NCBI GenBank assembly: GCA_963976765.1
Contig: CAXBME010000027.1
Span: 1-64,000, forward strand
Direction of reading: 5' to 3'
Origin: an uncultured Planctomycetaceae bacterium
Lineage (GTDB): Bacteria; Planctomycetota; Planctomycetia; Planctomycetales; Planctomycetaceae
Length of the DNA: 64,000 nucleotides
Shown: in pieces, positions 1 through 8,678 of the stretch
Position numbering within the stretch: position 1 is the first letter of the stretch
How the letters are laid out: each line of letters opens with the position of its first letter
The notes under the pieces: generated by a model
What the model was told of the DNA's origin: nothing
What the model saw: the letters and a program-made list of their open reading frames with translations, nothing else
Databases searched by the model: none
Translations under genes and position numbers: made by a program

Positions 1-44
1 GCCAGGTTGGAAGCCTGGAACCTTTGCCGCTCGGCCAAGGGCAC
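1..44 (-). tRNA. tRNA-Gly(TCC), 3' half cut off by window edge
   Basis: Reverse complement gives D arm and anticodon arm CCAGG-CTTCCAA-CCTGG. Confidence 0.75.
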
Positions 45-60
45 GTGTTGTTTCAACAAG

Positions 61-146
61 CGGAAGTCGTGGGACTCGAACCCACAACGGGCGACTCGCC
101 CGCACCTGCTTTCGAGGCAGGCTCCTCATCCGGCCGGATGACTTCC
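61..146 (-). tRNA. tRNA-Ser(CGA), long variable arm
   Basis: Acceptor GGAAGTC/GACTTCC, anticodon arm CCTGC-CTCGAAA-GCAGG, T arm GTGGG-TTCGAGT-CCCAC; A at position 8. Confidence 0.85.
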
Positions 147-152
147 GTAGAG

Positions 153-227
153 CTGCGGTGGCAGGAATCGAACCTGCGTCAAGACGGTTAACAGCCGCCG
201 GCCCGTACCAACACGAGCACCACCGCA
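153..227 (-). tRNA. tRNA-Asn(GTT)
   Basis: Anticodon arm GGCGG-CTGTTAA-CCGTC, T arm GCAGG-TTCGATT-CCTGC. Confidence 0.85.
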
Positions 228-254
228 ATGTTAGCGTCGCGGCCGACGCCGCAG

Positions 255-328
255 TCAGGACGGCCGGATTTGAACCGGCGATCTCGTGCTCCCGAAGCAC
301 GCGGATTCCCAAACTTTCCCACGCCCTG
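255..328 (-). tRNA. tRNA-Pro(CGG)
   Basis: Anticodon arm CGTGC-TTCGGGA-GCACG, T loop TTCAAAT. Confidence 0.9.
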
Positions 329-355
329 ATATGTGCAGACGCAAGGTCTGCCGAG

Positions 356-426
356 AGCGCCCAGCGGGAGTCGAACCCGCACTTCCGCCATGGCAAGGCA
401 GTAGGCTGCCGCTACATCATGGGCGC
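356..426 (-). tRNA. tRNA-Gly(GCC)
   Basis: Acceptor GCGCCCA/TGGGCGC, anticodon loop TTGCCAT. Confidence 0.9.
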
Positions 427-442
427 TGATGAAATGAACCAA

Positions 443-454
443 TTGTCAAAGAAC
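443..454 (-). promoter_or_regulatory. boxA-like Nus antitermination motif in tRNA spacer
   Basis: Minus strand reads GTTCTTTGACAA, resembling the rrn boxA consensus. Confidence 0.45.
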
Positions 455-459
455 TACAG

Positions 460-531
460 AGCACCGGGTGGGACTCGAACCCACGTTGCCGCATTACGAG
501 TGCGGTGTCCTTGCCGCTGAACGACCAGTGC
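460..531 (-). tRNA. tRNA-Thr(CGT)
   Basis: Anticodon arm CCGCA-CTCGTAA-TGCGG. Confidence 0.9.
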
Positions 532-542
532 TGGTCGTCGAG

Positions 543-615
543 TAGGATCGGAGGGGCTCGAACCCTCACCTGTCCGGTTAAGAGCCGGATGTGCTGCCGC
601 TAACACCTCGATCCC
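543..615 (-). tRNA. tRNA-Lys(CTT)
   Basis: Anticodon arm TCCGG-CTCTTAA-CCGGA. Confidence 0.9.
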
Positions 616-636
616 GTGTTGTTGCTTCGTCGTCAG

Positions 637-708
637 TCGGCCCGGACGGAGTCGAACCGTCGTCGTGCCCTTATAAGGAGCCTGCTCTGACCATTGAGCT
701 ACGGGCCG
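637..708 (-). tRNA. tRNA-Ile(TAT)
   Basis: Acceptor CGGCCCG/CGGGCCG, anticodon loop CTTATAA, T loop TTCGACT; one mismatch in the anticodon stem. Confidence 0.85.
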
Positions 709-755
709 CAGCCGAATCGCTGATGCGTTTCTGCTTGTTGCGACTCGCCGCTCAA

Positions 756-827
756 TGAGGCCGGAGGGATTCGAACCCTCGCCGTGCAGATTAAAAGTCT
801 GCTGTGCTGCCGTTACACCACGACCTC
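756..827 (-). tRNA. tRNA-Lys(TTT)
   Basis: Anticodon arm GCAGA-CTTTTAA-TCTGC. Confidence 0.9.
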
Positions 828-906
828 GTGAAGGGCGTGGGTATCCGTTTCAATCGATGCAGCGTCGGCATGTCAGACTCCATGTTGTTGTCGTGTGAAT
901 TCCAAG

Positions 907-979
907 TAGCCCGAGAAGGAGTCGAACCTTCGTCTCCGCCTTATCAGGACGGCGTCCTTAACCGTTGAACGACCGGGCT
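907..979 (-). tRNA. tRNA-Ile(GAT)
   Basis: Anticodon arm CCGTC-CTGATAA-GGCGG. Confidence 0.9.
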
Positions 980-998
980 GTGTCGTGATGTCCGCAAG

Positions 999-1071
999 TC
1001 GGGATGGCAGGACTCGAACCTGCCGTCTCCTGGTCCCAAACCAGGCGGGGCGCCATCTCCCCTTCATCCCG
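999..1071 (-). tRNA. tRNA-Pro(TGG)
   Basis: Anticodon arm CCTGG-TTTGGGA-CCAGG. Confidence 0.9.
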
Positions 1072-1078
1072 TATCAAG

Positions 1079-1151
1079 TAGCCCGCCCAGGATTCGAACC
1101 CGGAATACGACGTTCGAAGCGTCGCGTGATGTCCAGTTTCACTAACAGGCC
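1079..1151 (-). tRNA. tRNA-Arg(TCG)
   Basis: Anticodon arm CGACG-CTTCGAA-CGTCG. Confidence 0.9.
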
Positions 1152-1166
1152 ATGATTGAATCGAAG

Positions 1167-1240
1167 TACCCCGTGCGGGAATTGAACCCTGCATCGCCGG
1201 CTTGAAAGGCCAGCATCCTGAGCCGTTAGAAGAACGGGGC
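1167..1240 (-). tRNA. tRNA-Glu(TTC), bulged T stem
   Basis: Anticodon arm CTGGC-CTTTCAA-GCCGG; T arm GCAGGG-TTCAATT-CCCGC has an extra A. Confidence 0.85.
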
Positions 1241-1266
1241 ATGTGAGTGCGCATCAGATGCGCAAG

Positions 1267-1338
1267 TGGGTCGGGAGGCGCTTGAATCCTCGTCTACGGT
1301 TCTTCAGACCGTCGCTAAACCATCTCAGCTACCGACCC
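1267..1338 (-). tRNA. tRNA-Phe(GAA), first gene of the array
   Basis: Anticodon arm ACGGT-CTGAAGA-ACCGT; T arm GAGGA-TTCAAGC-GCCTC is atypical. Confidence 0.85.
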
Positions 1339-1410
1339 ATTCGTTGTATGTGTCTTGCCACTTCGAGACTCATCCGAGCGGCAGCTCGAGCAAGGCGACC
1401 TCGCCGCACG

Positions 1411-1440
1411 AAAAAAGCCCGATGTCAGTGACACCGGGCT
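1411..1440 (-). terminator. Intrinsic terminator in the tRNA-array leader (attenuator)
   Basis: Minus strand AGCCCGGTGTC-ACT-GACATCGGGCT followed by TTTTT. Confidence 0.8.
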
Positions 1441-1470
1441 ATGCAATCGCAGAGAGAGGCAGGCCAGATG

Positions 1471-1569
1471 TCACAAGCGCAGAGGGCACGGCAACGTATT
1501 CGCCGATTGATCGGCAAACCGTCCATAACCGCTCTGTTCGCTAATGAGTCCTGACCTGAAAACCATCAT
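1471..1569 (-). CDS. Putative 32-aa leader peptide MMVFRSGLISEQSGYGRFADQSANTLPCPLRL
   Basis: Purine-rich AAGAGAG before ATG; stop codon overlaps a sequence complementary to the terminator 5' arm. Confidence 0.55.
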   Translation of the reverse strand: MMVFRSGLISEQSGYGRFADQSANTLPCPLRL

Positions 1570-1744
1570 CTCTCTTGTTCCCGGTATGTGTTGCTGTCTG
1601 CTGCCTTGTGGATACGGCGATGTCGAGTGACCTCGCCGTGCTTGCGGGGTTTAGATGCGCGACGGTCAGCCGTTGTTCGCGCGTTTTCTACAAATCTCCA
1701 GATAATTCTACATCCTAATTCCCAGCCGAGTCACCCATCGTGCG

Positions 1745-4700
1745 TCACTGCGCCGCAGCCGAACGAAAGGTGCCGACTGGGTCGGGCCAGACATGAAGAT
1801 TCACACGGAGGGACGACACCAGCGATTCCGGCAACGGGACAAGGTGGATACCTGTAGATTGCCCCTCGGCATGGCGTTGTTCGTCGCTGACGTCTGCCCG
1901 GTCGGCGGCAAGGTCTCCACCGGTCAGTACCTCGAAGGTTTGCGCACGCAGACGCAGTTCTTCGAAGACCCGCTCGTCGTACGTGCCGGCGAGGTAGGGT
2001 GCCCCGATTTCGAGGAACGAGGCTGACGTGCCATCGTTTCGGGCTCGTTCGCGGAATGTCTTGCTGCCGATGCGATCGGTGCGGCCCGTACGTTGCTCCA
2101 TAATTGCCGGGTTCCAGGGCAGATCAAAATGTACGACGTGTCGGCAGTGACGGTGCAGGTCGATTCCCTCCTGACCGACCGACGTACAGACCAGCACTTC
2201 AGGTAGCAGTGGTGTGTTGAACCCGGCGAAAATCCGCTCCCGTGTCGCAGGATCGGTCGCCCCGAGGACCAGCCGGACGAACTGACGATCCTGTAGACGC
2301 GTCGCTTCATACAGCGAGTATCGGGCGCTGTTTCTATCGGTGATATGACCACTCGCGGACGCGAGGTCTTCCAGAAAGACGGCGACGCGATCTGCCACAC
2401 TCTCAGACTGGCCTGGCAGTGACTTGAAAAAGTGTTCGACAAGCAGATCGCCCCAATGAGAGTGTTCCCGTGCTTGCTGACCAGGAAGCATCCGCACGAG
2501 GAGTGACTCGCGAAGAACCGCCCGACGCATAGATTCGACAACGGCTCGACGGGACTGCCAGTCGAATGTCTTGTCGCTGGCAGTCGTGAGGGAATCCAGA
2601 TGCCGGTGGATGTCGTGCAGGGCCAATGCTGTCTCTGTGGCACCTGTGGCAGTTGACTCCCACGAAACATGTGGCTCGATCCCGAGCCAGAGATTGGGGC
2701 CACGCGAGTAGGCATCGAATACCGAGAGACGCCCCTGGTCGCGGACGCGATCTCGCCGACGACGGATCGCGATAGCAATCCGCTCGACTGAGGCCTGGTC
2801 GGCAGCATTGGGAAGCGAGTACGCAGTGTGGACGCCACGTTCATCTGCATGCGGCTGATCGTCGCCAGCTTGCCTCTTGTTATCATCGGCTGAGACGCCG
2901 TAGCTGCGCTCGATCCACGATTCGCACGCGACCGCTCTGAGCAGTTGGAGTAGTCGCCCGCACGGTTTCAGTTCGCTCAGGAGACGCCGGGCGATTACCG
3001 TCTCTACCGCTCGATGCAGGAAGACACGATCCACACGCTCGGCTAGTAAATCGACGCCTGCACGCAGCGAGAATTCTGCAAGACTCTGCAGCTCCTCATC
3101 TCGCAGTTCCAGGTCATGTGGAACGAGCGATCGGCTGGCCATTGTTCGCAACGGGGCATTCCACAGCACCGACCAAAGCACACGGTCGAGGATAATCGGA
3201 ATGAGGTCACGGTCCCGTCCGGTCAACCGGCTCCTCAGCGTCTTCATCGCCGTGGCATCACCAAGACATCGCTTCCGCCGTTTCCTGAGTTCACGTCCGA
3301 TTGCGTGATCGAGAATCTCGTGCAACCGTTGTGCGGTATTGGTTCGGAAGCAAAAGATCAGCGTCTTCTCTCCCGCATGCCAGTTTGCGACGACCTTCGC
3401 AACGACTTCCTTCACCTTGGGGTGTCGGCCATCCCGGCGGACGCTCGTCATTTTCTGGAGTAGTCGGAAGTAGACCGCTCCCTTTTCGTCACGTTGCAAC
3501 TGATTTCGAAGCAGCCGTCCATCGGCGCTCTCCATCAGTGTCGAATAGCAGCCTGTGATGGCCGTTCCGAGTGACGACCGTCCGCGTCGCGCCTCGGACA
3601 CACATCGCATCAGCAGATAGTGAGGTAGCTCTTCGTCGCCATGAACATCAATTCCCGGCGCAGAGTGCAACGTGTGCTGGTCAGCCCGAAGTTCTGATTC
3701 ATTCGGCGGCTGTTGATACTCGCTACCGACCAGCACTCGTCGATGGCGCGTCGCACGCCGGTGCCGAATGACGAGTGAGCCCATCTCACCGGAGAGGTCC
3801 GCGTTGAACGTCAGCAACAGCAAAGCCTCACGGAGAAGCTGCCGCACGGCTGGATCGAGATCGGCAACCGCCTGGTCCGTGATGGAATCGGCTCGGCTGC
3901 GCGACACGAGGCCGTGTTCAGCGGCGAGGGTTTTAAGCTGTTGCCGGGCATTGACGACCGCTTTGCAAGACCACGCCGCGGCCAGTGCTTCCGTCGTGAC
4001 TCCAGACGGCAGCTTTGACCATGCCTGTCCGAAACGCCGGCTGCTCAGCTCTGAGCGATCCAGCACGGGACGGATGACTTCTTCCCGGAGTTCTCGCAGA
4101 CACTCGCATCGGGCCACTGAGGCGGCCGCAGAGGGACACGGCCGCAGATCGTCGCCGACACGCAGTAGTTCTAGCATCTCATTGGGACGAAGCTGAAACG
4201 GCGTCGCAGTCAGCAGCAGGGCACGGCGTGTTCGTGGCGCGATCACACGAGCGAATTCGCGATAGCCGTTCTTGCCGGACGTCGGACCGTTCTTCCAGTT
4301 GTGAGCCTCATCTACGATGACCAGAGGCAGATCACTGCCGATCAGGTCAGCCATCAGCTCGCGATAGATGCTGTCGAGTTGTTTTGTGACTCGGCCAAAG
4401 AGCTCGCTGCGGCCTCGAACATAGGGAGCCGCTACTTCGCGACAGGTTTCCAACAATCTCTCGATGTGATCACTGCGGGAGGACAACAGACGCAAGGCCT
4501 TCAGCAAGTCTTCATCGAAAAACGGCAACTGGTCCAAAGCCGTGTCGGGGAAAACTCCGAGTTCGTCCGGATGGCTCGGCCAGCCTGCCTTTGCGCCTTT
4601 GAGCAGATTGAGGCGTTGCCATTTCTTGAACCGTGGTCCCCAGAAACGGAATAGAACAGACAGCAGTTGCTCGCGTTTGAGGTCGTAGTCCATCCGCCGC

Positions 4701-5188
4701 CCGCCCGCGAAAATGCCCATGCTGGCAACGATGACTCGCGGGCCAGTGCCTCTGCGACGCAGTTCGACCACGAGGTCATCAAGCCGCTCGACAGGAGCGG
4801 AAGAAAACCAGCGTCGTGCATCCTCCTGATGTTCCGGGAGGACGCAGCGTTTGACGAATTCACCAACTTCCCGAGTCCACTTCCTGAACAGTGCCGAGTT
4901 CCTCGGCGTGATGATCAGCACTTTGCGGTAGCAACCACGAAGGTCATCCGAATCGTGGTCGCCGTCGCGCATGGCCGCGAGCAGCGAATACGCCACACCC
5001 AGTCCGACGAATGTCTTTCCCATTCCGACTTCGTCCGCAAGTATCTGCAGCTCGCGTCGTCGAGTCGGGCCCGGGTGGAAGAAGCGTTCCAGCAGTCGAT
5101 CGACAGTTAGCTCCTGACGCCGAGCGTCATCCTGGTCTTTGATGCGTGTTTCGTCCTGTCCCAGATTGAATTCAGTGGAGCGTTTCAT
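1745..5188 (-). CDS. SNF2-like SF2 helicase, defence-associated
   Basis: Motifs LADEVGMGKT, DEAH, LTATP, QEGIDLH, WNPAIMEQRTGRTDR. Confidence 0.9.
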   Translation of the reverse strand: MKRSTEFNLGQDETRIKDQDDARRQELTVDRLLERFFHPGPTRRRELQILADEVGMGKTFVGLGVAYSLLAAMRDGDHDSDDLRGCYRKVLIITPRNSALFRKWTREVGEFVKRCVLPEHQEDARRWFSSAPVERLDDLVVELRRRGTGPRVIVASMGIFAGGRRMDYDLKREQLLSVLFRFWGPRFKKWQRLNLLKGAKAGWPSHPDELGVFPDTALDQLPFFDEDLLKALRLLSSRSDHIERLLETCREVAAPYVRGRSELFGRVTKQLDSIYRELMADLIGSDLPLVIVDEAHNWKNGPTSGKNGYREFARVIAPRTRRALLLTATPFQLRPNEMLELLRVGDDLRPCPSAAASVARCECLRELREEVIRPVLDRSELSSRRFGQAWSKLPSGVTTEALAAAWSCKAVVNARQQLKTLAAEHGLVSRSRADSITDQAVADLDPAVRQLLREALLLLTFNADLSGEMGSLVIRHRRATRHRRVLVGSEYQQPPNESELRADQHTLHSAPGIDVHGDEELPHYLLMRCVSEARRGRSSLGTAITGCYSTLMESADGRLLRNQLQRDEKGAVYFRLLQKMTSVRRDGRHPKVKEVVAKVVANWHAGEKTLIFCFRTNTAQRLHEILDHAIGRELRKRRKRCLGDATAMKTLRSRLTGRDRDLIPIILDRVLWSVLWNAPLRTMASRSLVPHDLELRDEELQSLAEFSLRAGVDLLAERVDRVFLHRAVETVIARRLLSELKPCGRLLQLLRAVACESWIERSYGVSADDNKRQAGDDQPHADERGVHTAYSLPNAADQASVERIAIAIRRRRDRVRDQGRLSVFDAYSRGPNLWLGIEPHVSWESTATGATETALALHDIHRHLDSLTTASDKTFDWQSRRAVVESMRRAVLRESLLVRMLPGQQAREHSHWGDLLVEHFFKSLPGQSESVADRVAVFLEDLASASGHITDRNSARYSLYEATRLQDRQFVRLVLGATDPATRERIFAGFNTPLLPEVLVCTSVGQEGIDLHRHCRHVVHFDLPWNPAIMEQRTGRTDRIGSKTFRERARNDGTSASFLEIGAPYLAGTYDERVFEELRLRAQTFEVLTGGDLAADRADVSDEQRHAEGQSTGIHLVPLPESLVSSLRVNLHVWPDPVGTFRSAAAQ

Positions 5189-7311
5189 CAGCGACGCTCC
5201 CGCTTGCGGGGACGGAGAATGGCTCGCTCATACCGGGAAAACTCGGATGATAGCTCGTTCTGCTTTGACTCTCTGAGCTGATCGAGTTTCGTGGAGACCT
5301 GCCGGACCGCGTCCGCAATCAGCTCACACCATGCCGACTGATGATCATCCTGCGTCTCTGCGTCGCGGACGTGATCAAGGCAGCTCAGAATCTCGACGAG
5401 CTGAAAGCCGGCTGCAGTTGCTGTTCGCTGGCCACCGTCCACGGCATCGACCACACGACGAGCCAGCTCGACGGGACTTACCGAACCAAGCAGTGCCAGT
5501 CGCATGCACGCGGGATGTGTGCGGGCTGCGGCGGTCAGGTCCTCCTTCAAACCACTCAACGCCTCGACGAACTCACGCATGACGTACGACTGAATCTGTG
5601 AAGTATCAACGCCACTCAGTTGGGTTTCGGCCTGCTGAGGCAGTGGCGCTCCAGGGACGTCCGGATTTGGGAACAGGTCTTCGAACGTCACACGACCCTG
5701 GTAGTAAGCCAGCAACTGGTTCTCACCGGGGCGCCCGGATTCCGGACTGATGGGCAACGTCGTCCGCGCCTCGACGGCGACATTGAGCGGGAACGTACGC
5801 CCCTGTGGGCAATCCCACCAACGAACCAGCACCTCCTGATCGAGCAGCAGATGCCTCAGTGACTGATCGTTGAGCGGAACCCGGTGCGAAAGAGCGTCCA
5901 GGTCCCCAACGAGCGGCTCGGCATTCTCCGAGCGAAACAGGCACCGGGTCTCACCTGACTCACTTGGACACAACTCGACACTCCAGTCACCTTGCACTGC
6001 GTCCGGGGACGCAACGAGCAGGAGTTCCAGTTGCTCAGCCTGTTCCGTCATGGGCCGCAACAGCACTTCGCGCAGGAAGGCTGGCCACGGCGTTGCAAGT
6101 TCGGACTCGTCCAGCCCGGCGAAACAGTGAACCGAATCGCCACGCAGCTCAATCGGCTGTCCGGATGCCTCGGGCAGCAGCGTGTGAAGTTGTTTGCGAT
6201 CGTGCCCCGAGCGACGTAGGAGCACACCTGCCTCGATGTTTGCGGCAGAGGGGTCGTTCATGAAACCCCACCCGCGTGTTGTGAAGTTGGCCGAACCGAA
6301 ATACCCGAGGGTCGAATCGCTTCCATCAATCACGACCACTTTGGCATGCAACGCCCGGAGACCGACAAAGTCGTCCGTCATGCCAATCTCGTCGGGAGCG
6401 ACACCTGGATCGATCGCTTGAGCAAACATTCGCAGGCCGGTTGATCGAGCATCAAAGGAATGCAGTGACTCCGGCAGTCGCGGCTGCCAGCCACCGAGGC
6501 CGTCAGGAGCAGCTTCAGTTTGCAGCAGCAGCTCGGTGTTTTGGCTCACGATGCCTCGTGACGTCAGTTCGTCTGCAAACTGTGACAACGGCCCACTCGG
6601 TGACTCTTCCGACCAGAACGGTGAGACGATGGTGACACGTTGGATCGAGTCATCCGCCGGCCAGCGATCAAGCACCTGCTGCAAGAGAGACGCCTTGCCA
6701 CCGCTCCACAGAAACCACTCGTTCGGTTCAGGCTCGCTGACTTGCCAGTCGCTGAGCTTCTTCTGTGCCAGCTCAACGAGCGAGCTGGCTCCGTCGCTGA
6801 GCCGTGAACCGAGTTGTTCGGCCAGGCCGGATAGAGCCTGCTGGATCAAAGGGCCGTGACCGTGTTGTCCGCGTGTCGCGGTCAACACAGAGACGACTTC
6901 ACGATTCCGGCGATACCCCGGTTCTGTCAGGTTGGCACTTCCGACGACGAGTCGCACCATGTCTTCATGCACCGCGAGCAGTACCTTCGCATGCAGAATG
7001 CGTCCGCGACCGGCCACGACGGGGGTCAGTTCCACACGCAGGGAACGCGGACGTTTGCGATAGGGGCCACAGTCCACCAGCAGACTTGCTGACTCCAGCT
7101 CTGCCAGACGGCGTTCCAGCGCGATCCGGCTCGACCAGTTCCGGTCGTCCCACGCGCCAAGTCCAAGCAGTGAGGGAAGAAAGTCCGTCTCGAAGAACTC
7201 CGAGTCGAATTCATACGACGTCCCCACAAACCCCAGCAGCCGCCCACACTCGGGGCCGGCCTGCAGATGGTCGATCAGCTTGCGATCGTTCCCTGAACGC
7301 GAATGACTCAT
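5188..7311 (-). CDS. Phospholipase D-family (HKD) nuclease-like protein
   Basis: Two HxK...GSAN motifs: LHAKV...VGSANLT and LHAKV...FGSANFT. Confidence 0.85.
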   Translation of the reverse strand: MSHSRSGNDRKLIDHLQAGPECGRLLGFVGTSYEFDSEFFETDFLPSLLGLGAWDDRNWSSRIALERRLAELESASLLVDCGPYRKRPRSLRVELTPVVAGRGRILHAKVLLAVHEDMVRLVVGSANLTEPGYRRNREVVSVLTATRGQHGHGPLIQQALSGLAEQLGSRLSDGASSLVELAQKKLSDWQVSEPEPNEWFLWSGGKASLLQQVLDRWPADDSIQRVTIVSPFWSEESPSGPLSQFADELTSRGIVSQNTELLLQTEAAPDGLGGWQPRLPESLHSFDARSTGLRMFAQAIDPGVAPDEIGMTDDFVGLRALHAKVVVIDGSDSTLGYFGSANFTTRGWGFMNDPSAANIEAGVLLRRSGHDRKQLHTLLPEASGQPIELRGDSVHCFAGLDESELATPWPAFLREVLLRPMTEQAEQLELLLVASPDAVQGDWSVELCPSESGETRCLFRSENAEPLVGDLDALSHRVPLNDQSLRHLLLDQEVLVRWWDCPQGRTFPLNVAVEARTTLPISPESGRPGENQLLAYYQGRVTFEDLFPNPDVPGAPLPQQAETQLSGVDTSQIQSYVMREFVEALSGLKEDLTAAARTHPACMRLALLGSVSPVELARRVVDAVDGGQRTATAAGFQLVEILSCLDHVRDAETQDDHQSAWCELIADAVRQVSTKLDQLRESKQNELSSEFSRYERAILRPRKRERR

Positions 7312-8678
7312 GTGCGGCCCTCGGCTGATGCAATGAGCGCGTCCGCTGACGGAAGCCGATACTCGTGCGGCCGGACAGCGTCTGGCGATGTTGCTTCGCG
7401 GTTGAGTCCTCCGACACGAGTCATCGTCAGGCTAATGCGGTCCCCCACTCGTTCGAGCCACGGCATCTTGCGACGGCCTTGATCGAACTTCCCACGTTGC
7501 ACGTCTGTGTGCCGCTGAATCAGCGACTCGACAAGTTCCAGTCGCGAATCGCATGCAGTCGCAGCCTCGCGCACAAACGTCAGCACGTCGTTCAGCCGGT
7601 GCTGCTCCACGCAGAACTGCTCAGACGTTGCCGAGTCCGCCGCTTGACATAATCGACCAACGACGTCAGGCAGCTGCTCACTGACAAGCTGCAGTACCGA
7701 ATCACTGTTGATGTCGGCGGGAGTCACTGATGCCGCTGGGAGATTGCGACACAACCACAACAGCCGCTCGAACCCGAGCAGAATCAGGCGGTATGTCTCC
7801 TCGAACGCGAGAACAGTGCTACCAGCTTCGTACAGGTCGCGGTTCAGCGGCTGGCGGCGAGTCGTTCGGACGATCCGCCCGAGACGATTGAGTTCCGATT
7901 CCCCGTGTTTCTTCACAGGGCATTGCTCCAGACACTCGGCCATCCGCGACCTGACGGGGTCACGATGCAACGCTTCCCGGAAGCAGTCCTGTTCAACCGG
8001 CAGGTATTCGTTCACGATATGAGCTCGCTCGCCCCAGTCGGCAAGCTGCCTGACACTGACATCCGAGCCGTTCTTCACAGCTCTCTGCAGTACCGGCGGC
8101 ATGTTCGTGGCCTCGACAAAGTGCTGCCCAAGTCGTTCACCGAGGTCCGGCGTCAGCACGAGGAGCCGTCGGTCGAGAAACCGCATGCCGTCGGCGACGG
8201 CTCCATAGATACCGACTGCGCCGTAAGGCACCTGCCGCGAAAGTAGCGGAAAACTGGCGTCGGTCCGTGAGGCCCCCGACTGTTCCAGCGAGTTGGCTCG
8301 ACTGATCGCATACGTGACACCGCGAATCCCCGAAAGAACCGTGTCGCTGTCTCCGGCCCGTCGGCTGGCCATCACGTTGGCGAGTGCCCACAACCGCTCA
8401 AACCGCAGCAGCCCCTGCAGGCGTTCTGCAGCCTGCCGTCGCGGCGACTCAGTGACATCCACTTTTGCCAACAGCGTTCCGGCGCAGAGCACGCTGAAGT
8501 ACCGCGGTCGATCCGCCACGTTGGTCAACCCAGGCAGCAGCTTGTCGGCGAGATGGAGGTACCCGCGCTCAAACCCCATGGGATCAAGACTTGCTCCCGG
8601 CAGGTCTGACGGGTCGTACGAAGTCAGGAAAGCTGGGAAGGACAACACCGAGGTAGTATTCGTAATGGGTGCAGGCAT
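7308..8678 (-). CDS. Hypothetical protein, N-terminus reminiscent of DUF6361-like partners of PLD/helicase modules
   Basis: DPMGF...LADKLLPGLTNVADRPRYF motif; overlaps both neighbours. Confidence 0.65.
   Translation of the reverse strand: MPAPITNTTSVLSFPAFLTSYDPSDLPGASLDPMGFERGYLHLADKLLPGLTNVADRPRYFSVLCAGTLLAKVDVTESPRRQAAERLQGLLRFERLWALANVMASRRAGDSDTVLSGIRGVTYAISRANSLEQSGASRTDASFPLLSRQVPYGAVGIYGAVADGMRFLDRRLLVLTPDLGERLGQHFVEATNMPPVLQRAVKNGSDVSVRQLADWGERAHIVNEYLPVEQDCFREALHRDPVRSRMAECLEQCPVKKHGESELNRLGRIVRTTRRQPLNRDLYEAGSTVLAFEETYRLILLGFERLLWLCRNLPAASVTPADINSDSVLQLVSEQLPDVVGRLCQAADSATSEQFCVEQHRLNDVLTFVREAATACDSRLELVESLIQRHTDVQRGKFDQGRRKMPWLERVGDRISLTMTRVGGLNREATSPDAVRPHEYRLPSADALIASAEGRT

Noticed and set aside
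158..1544. ORF-track calls over the tRNA array
   Set aside because: They are translations of tRNA genes or their antisense strand.
1640..1715. Possible ECF-type promoter (minus strand GAACAA-N16-ATCTAA) and ttctaca direct repeats upstream of the leader peptide
   Set aside because: Motifs too short to distinguish from chance without transcription start data.
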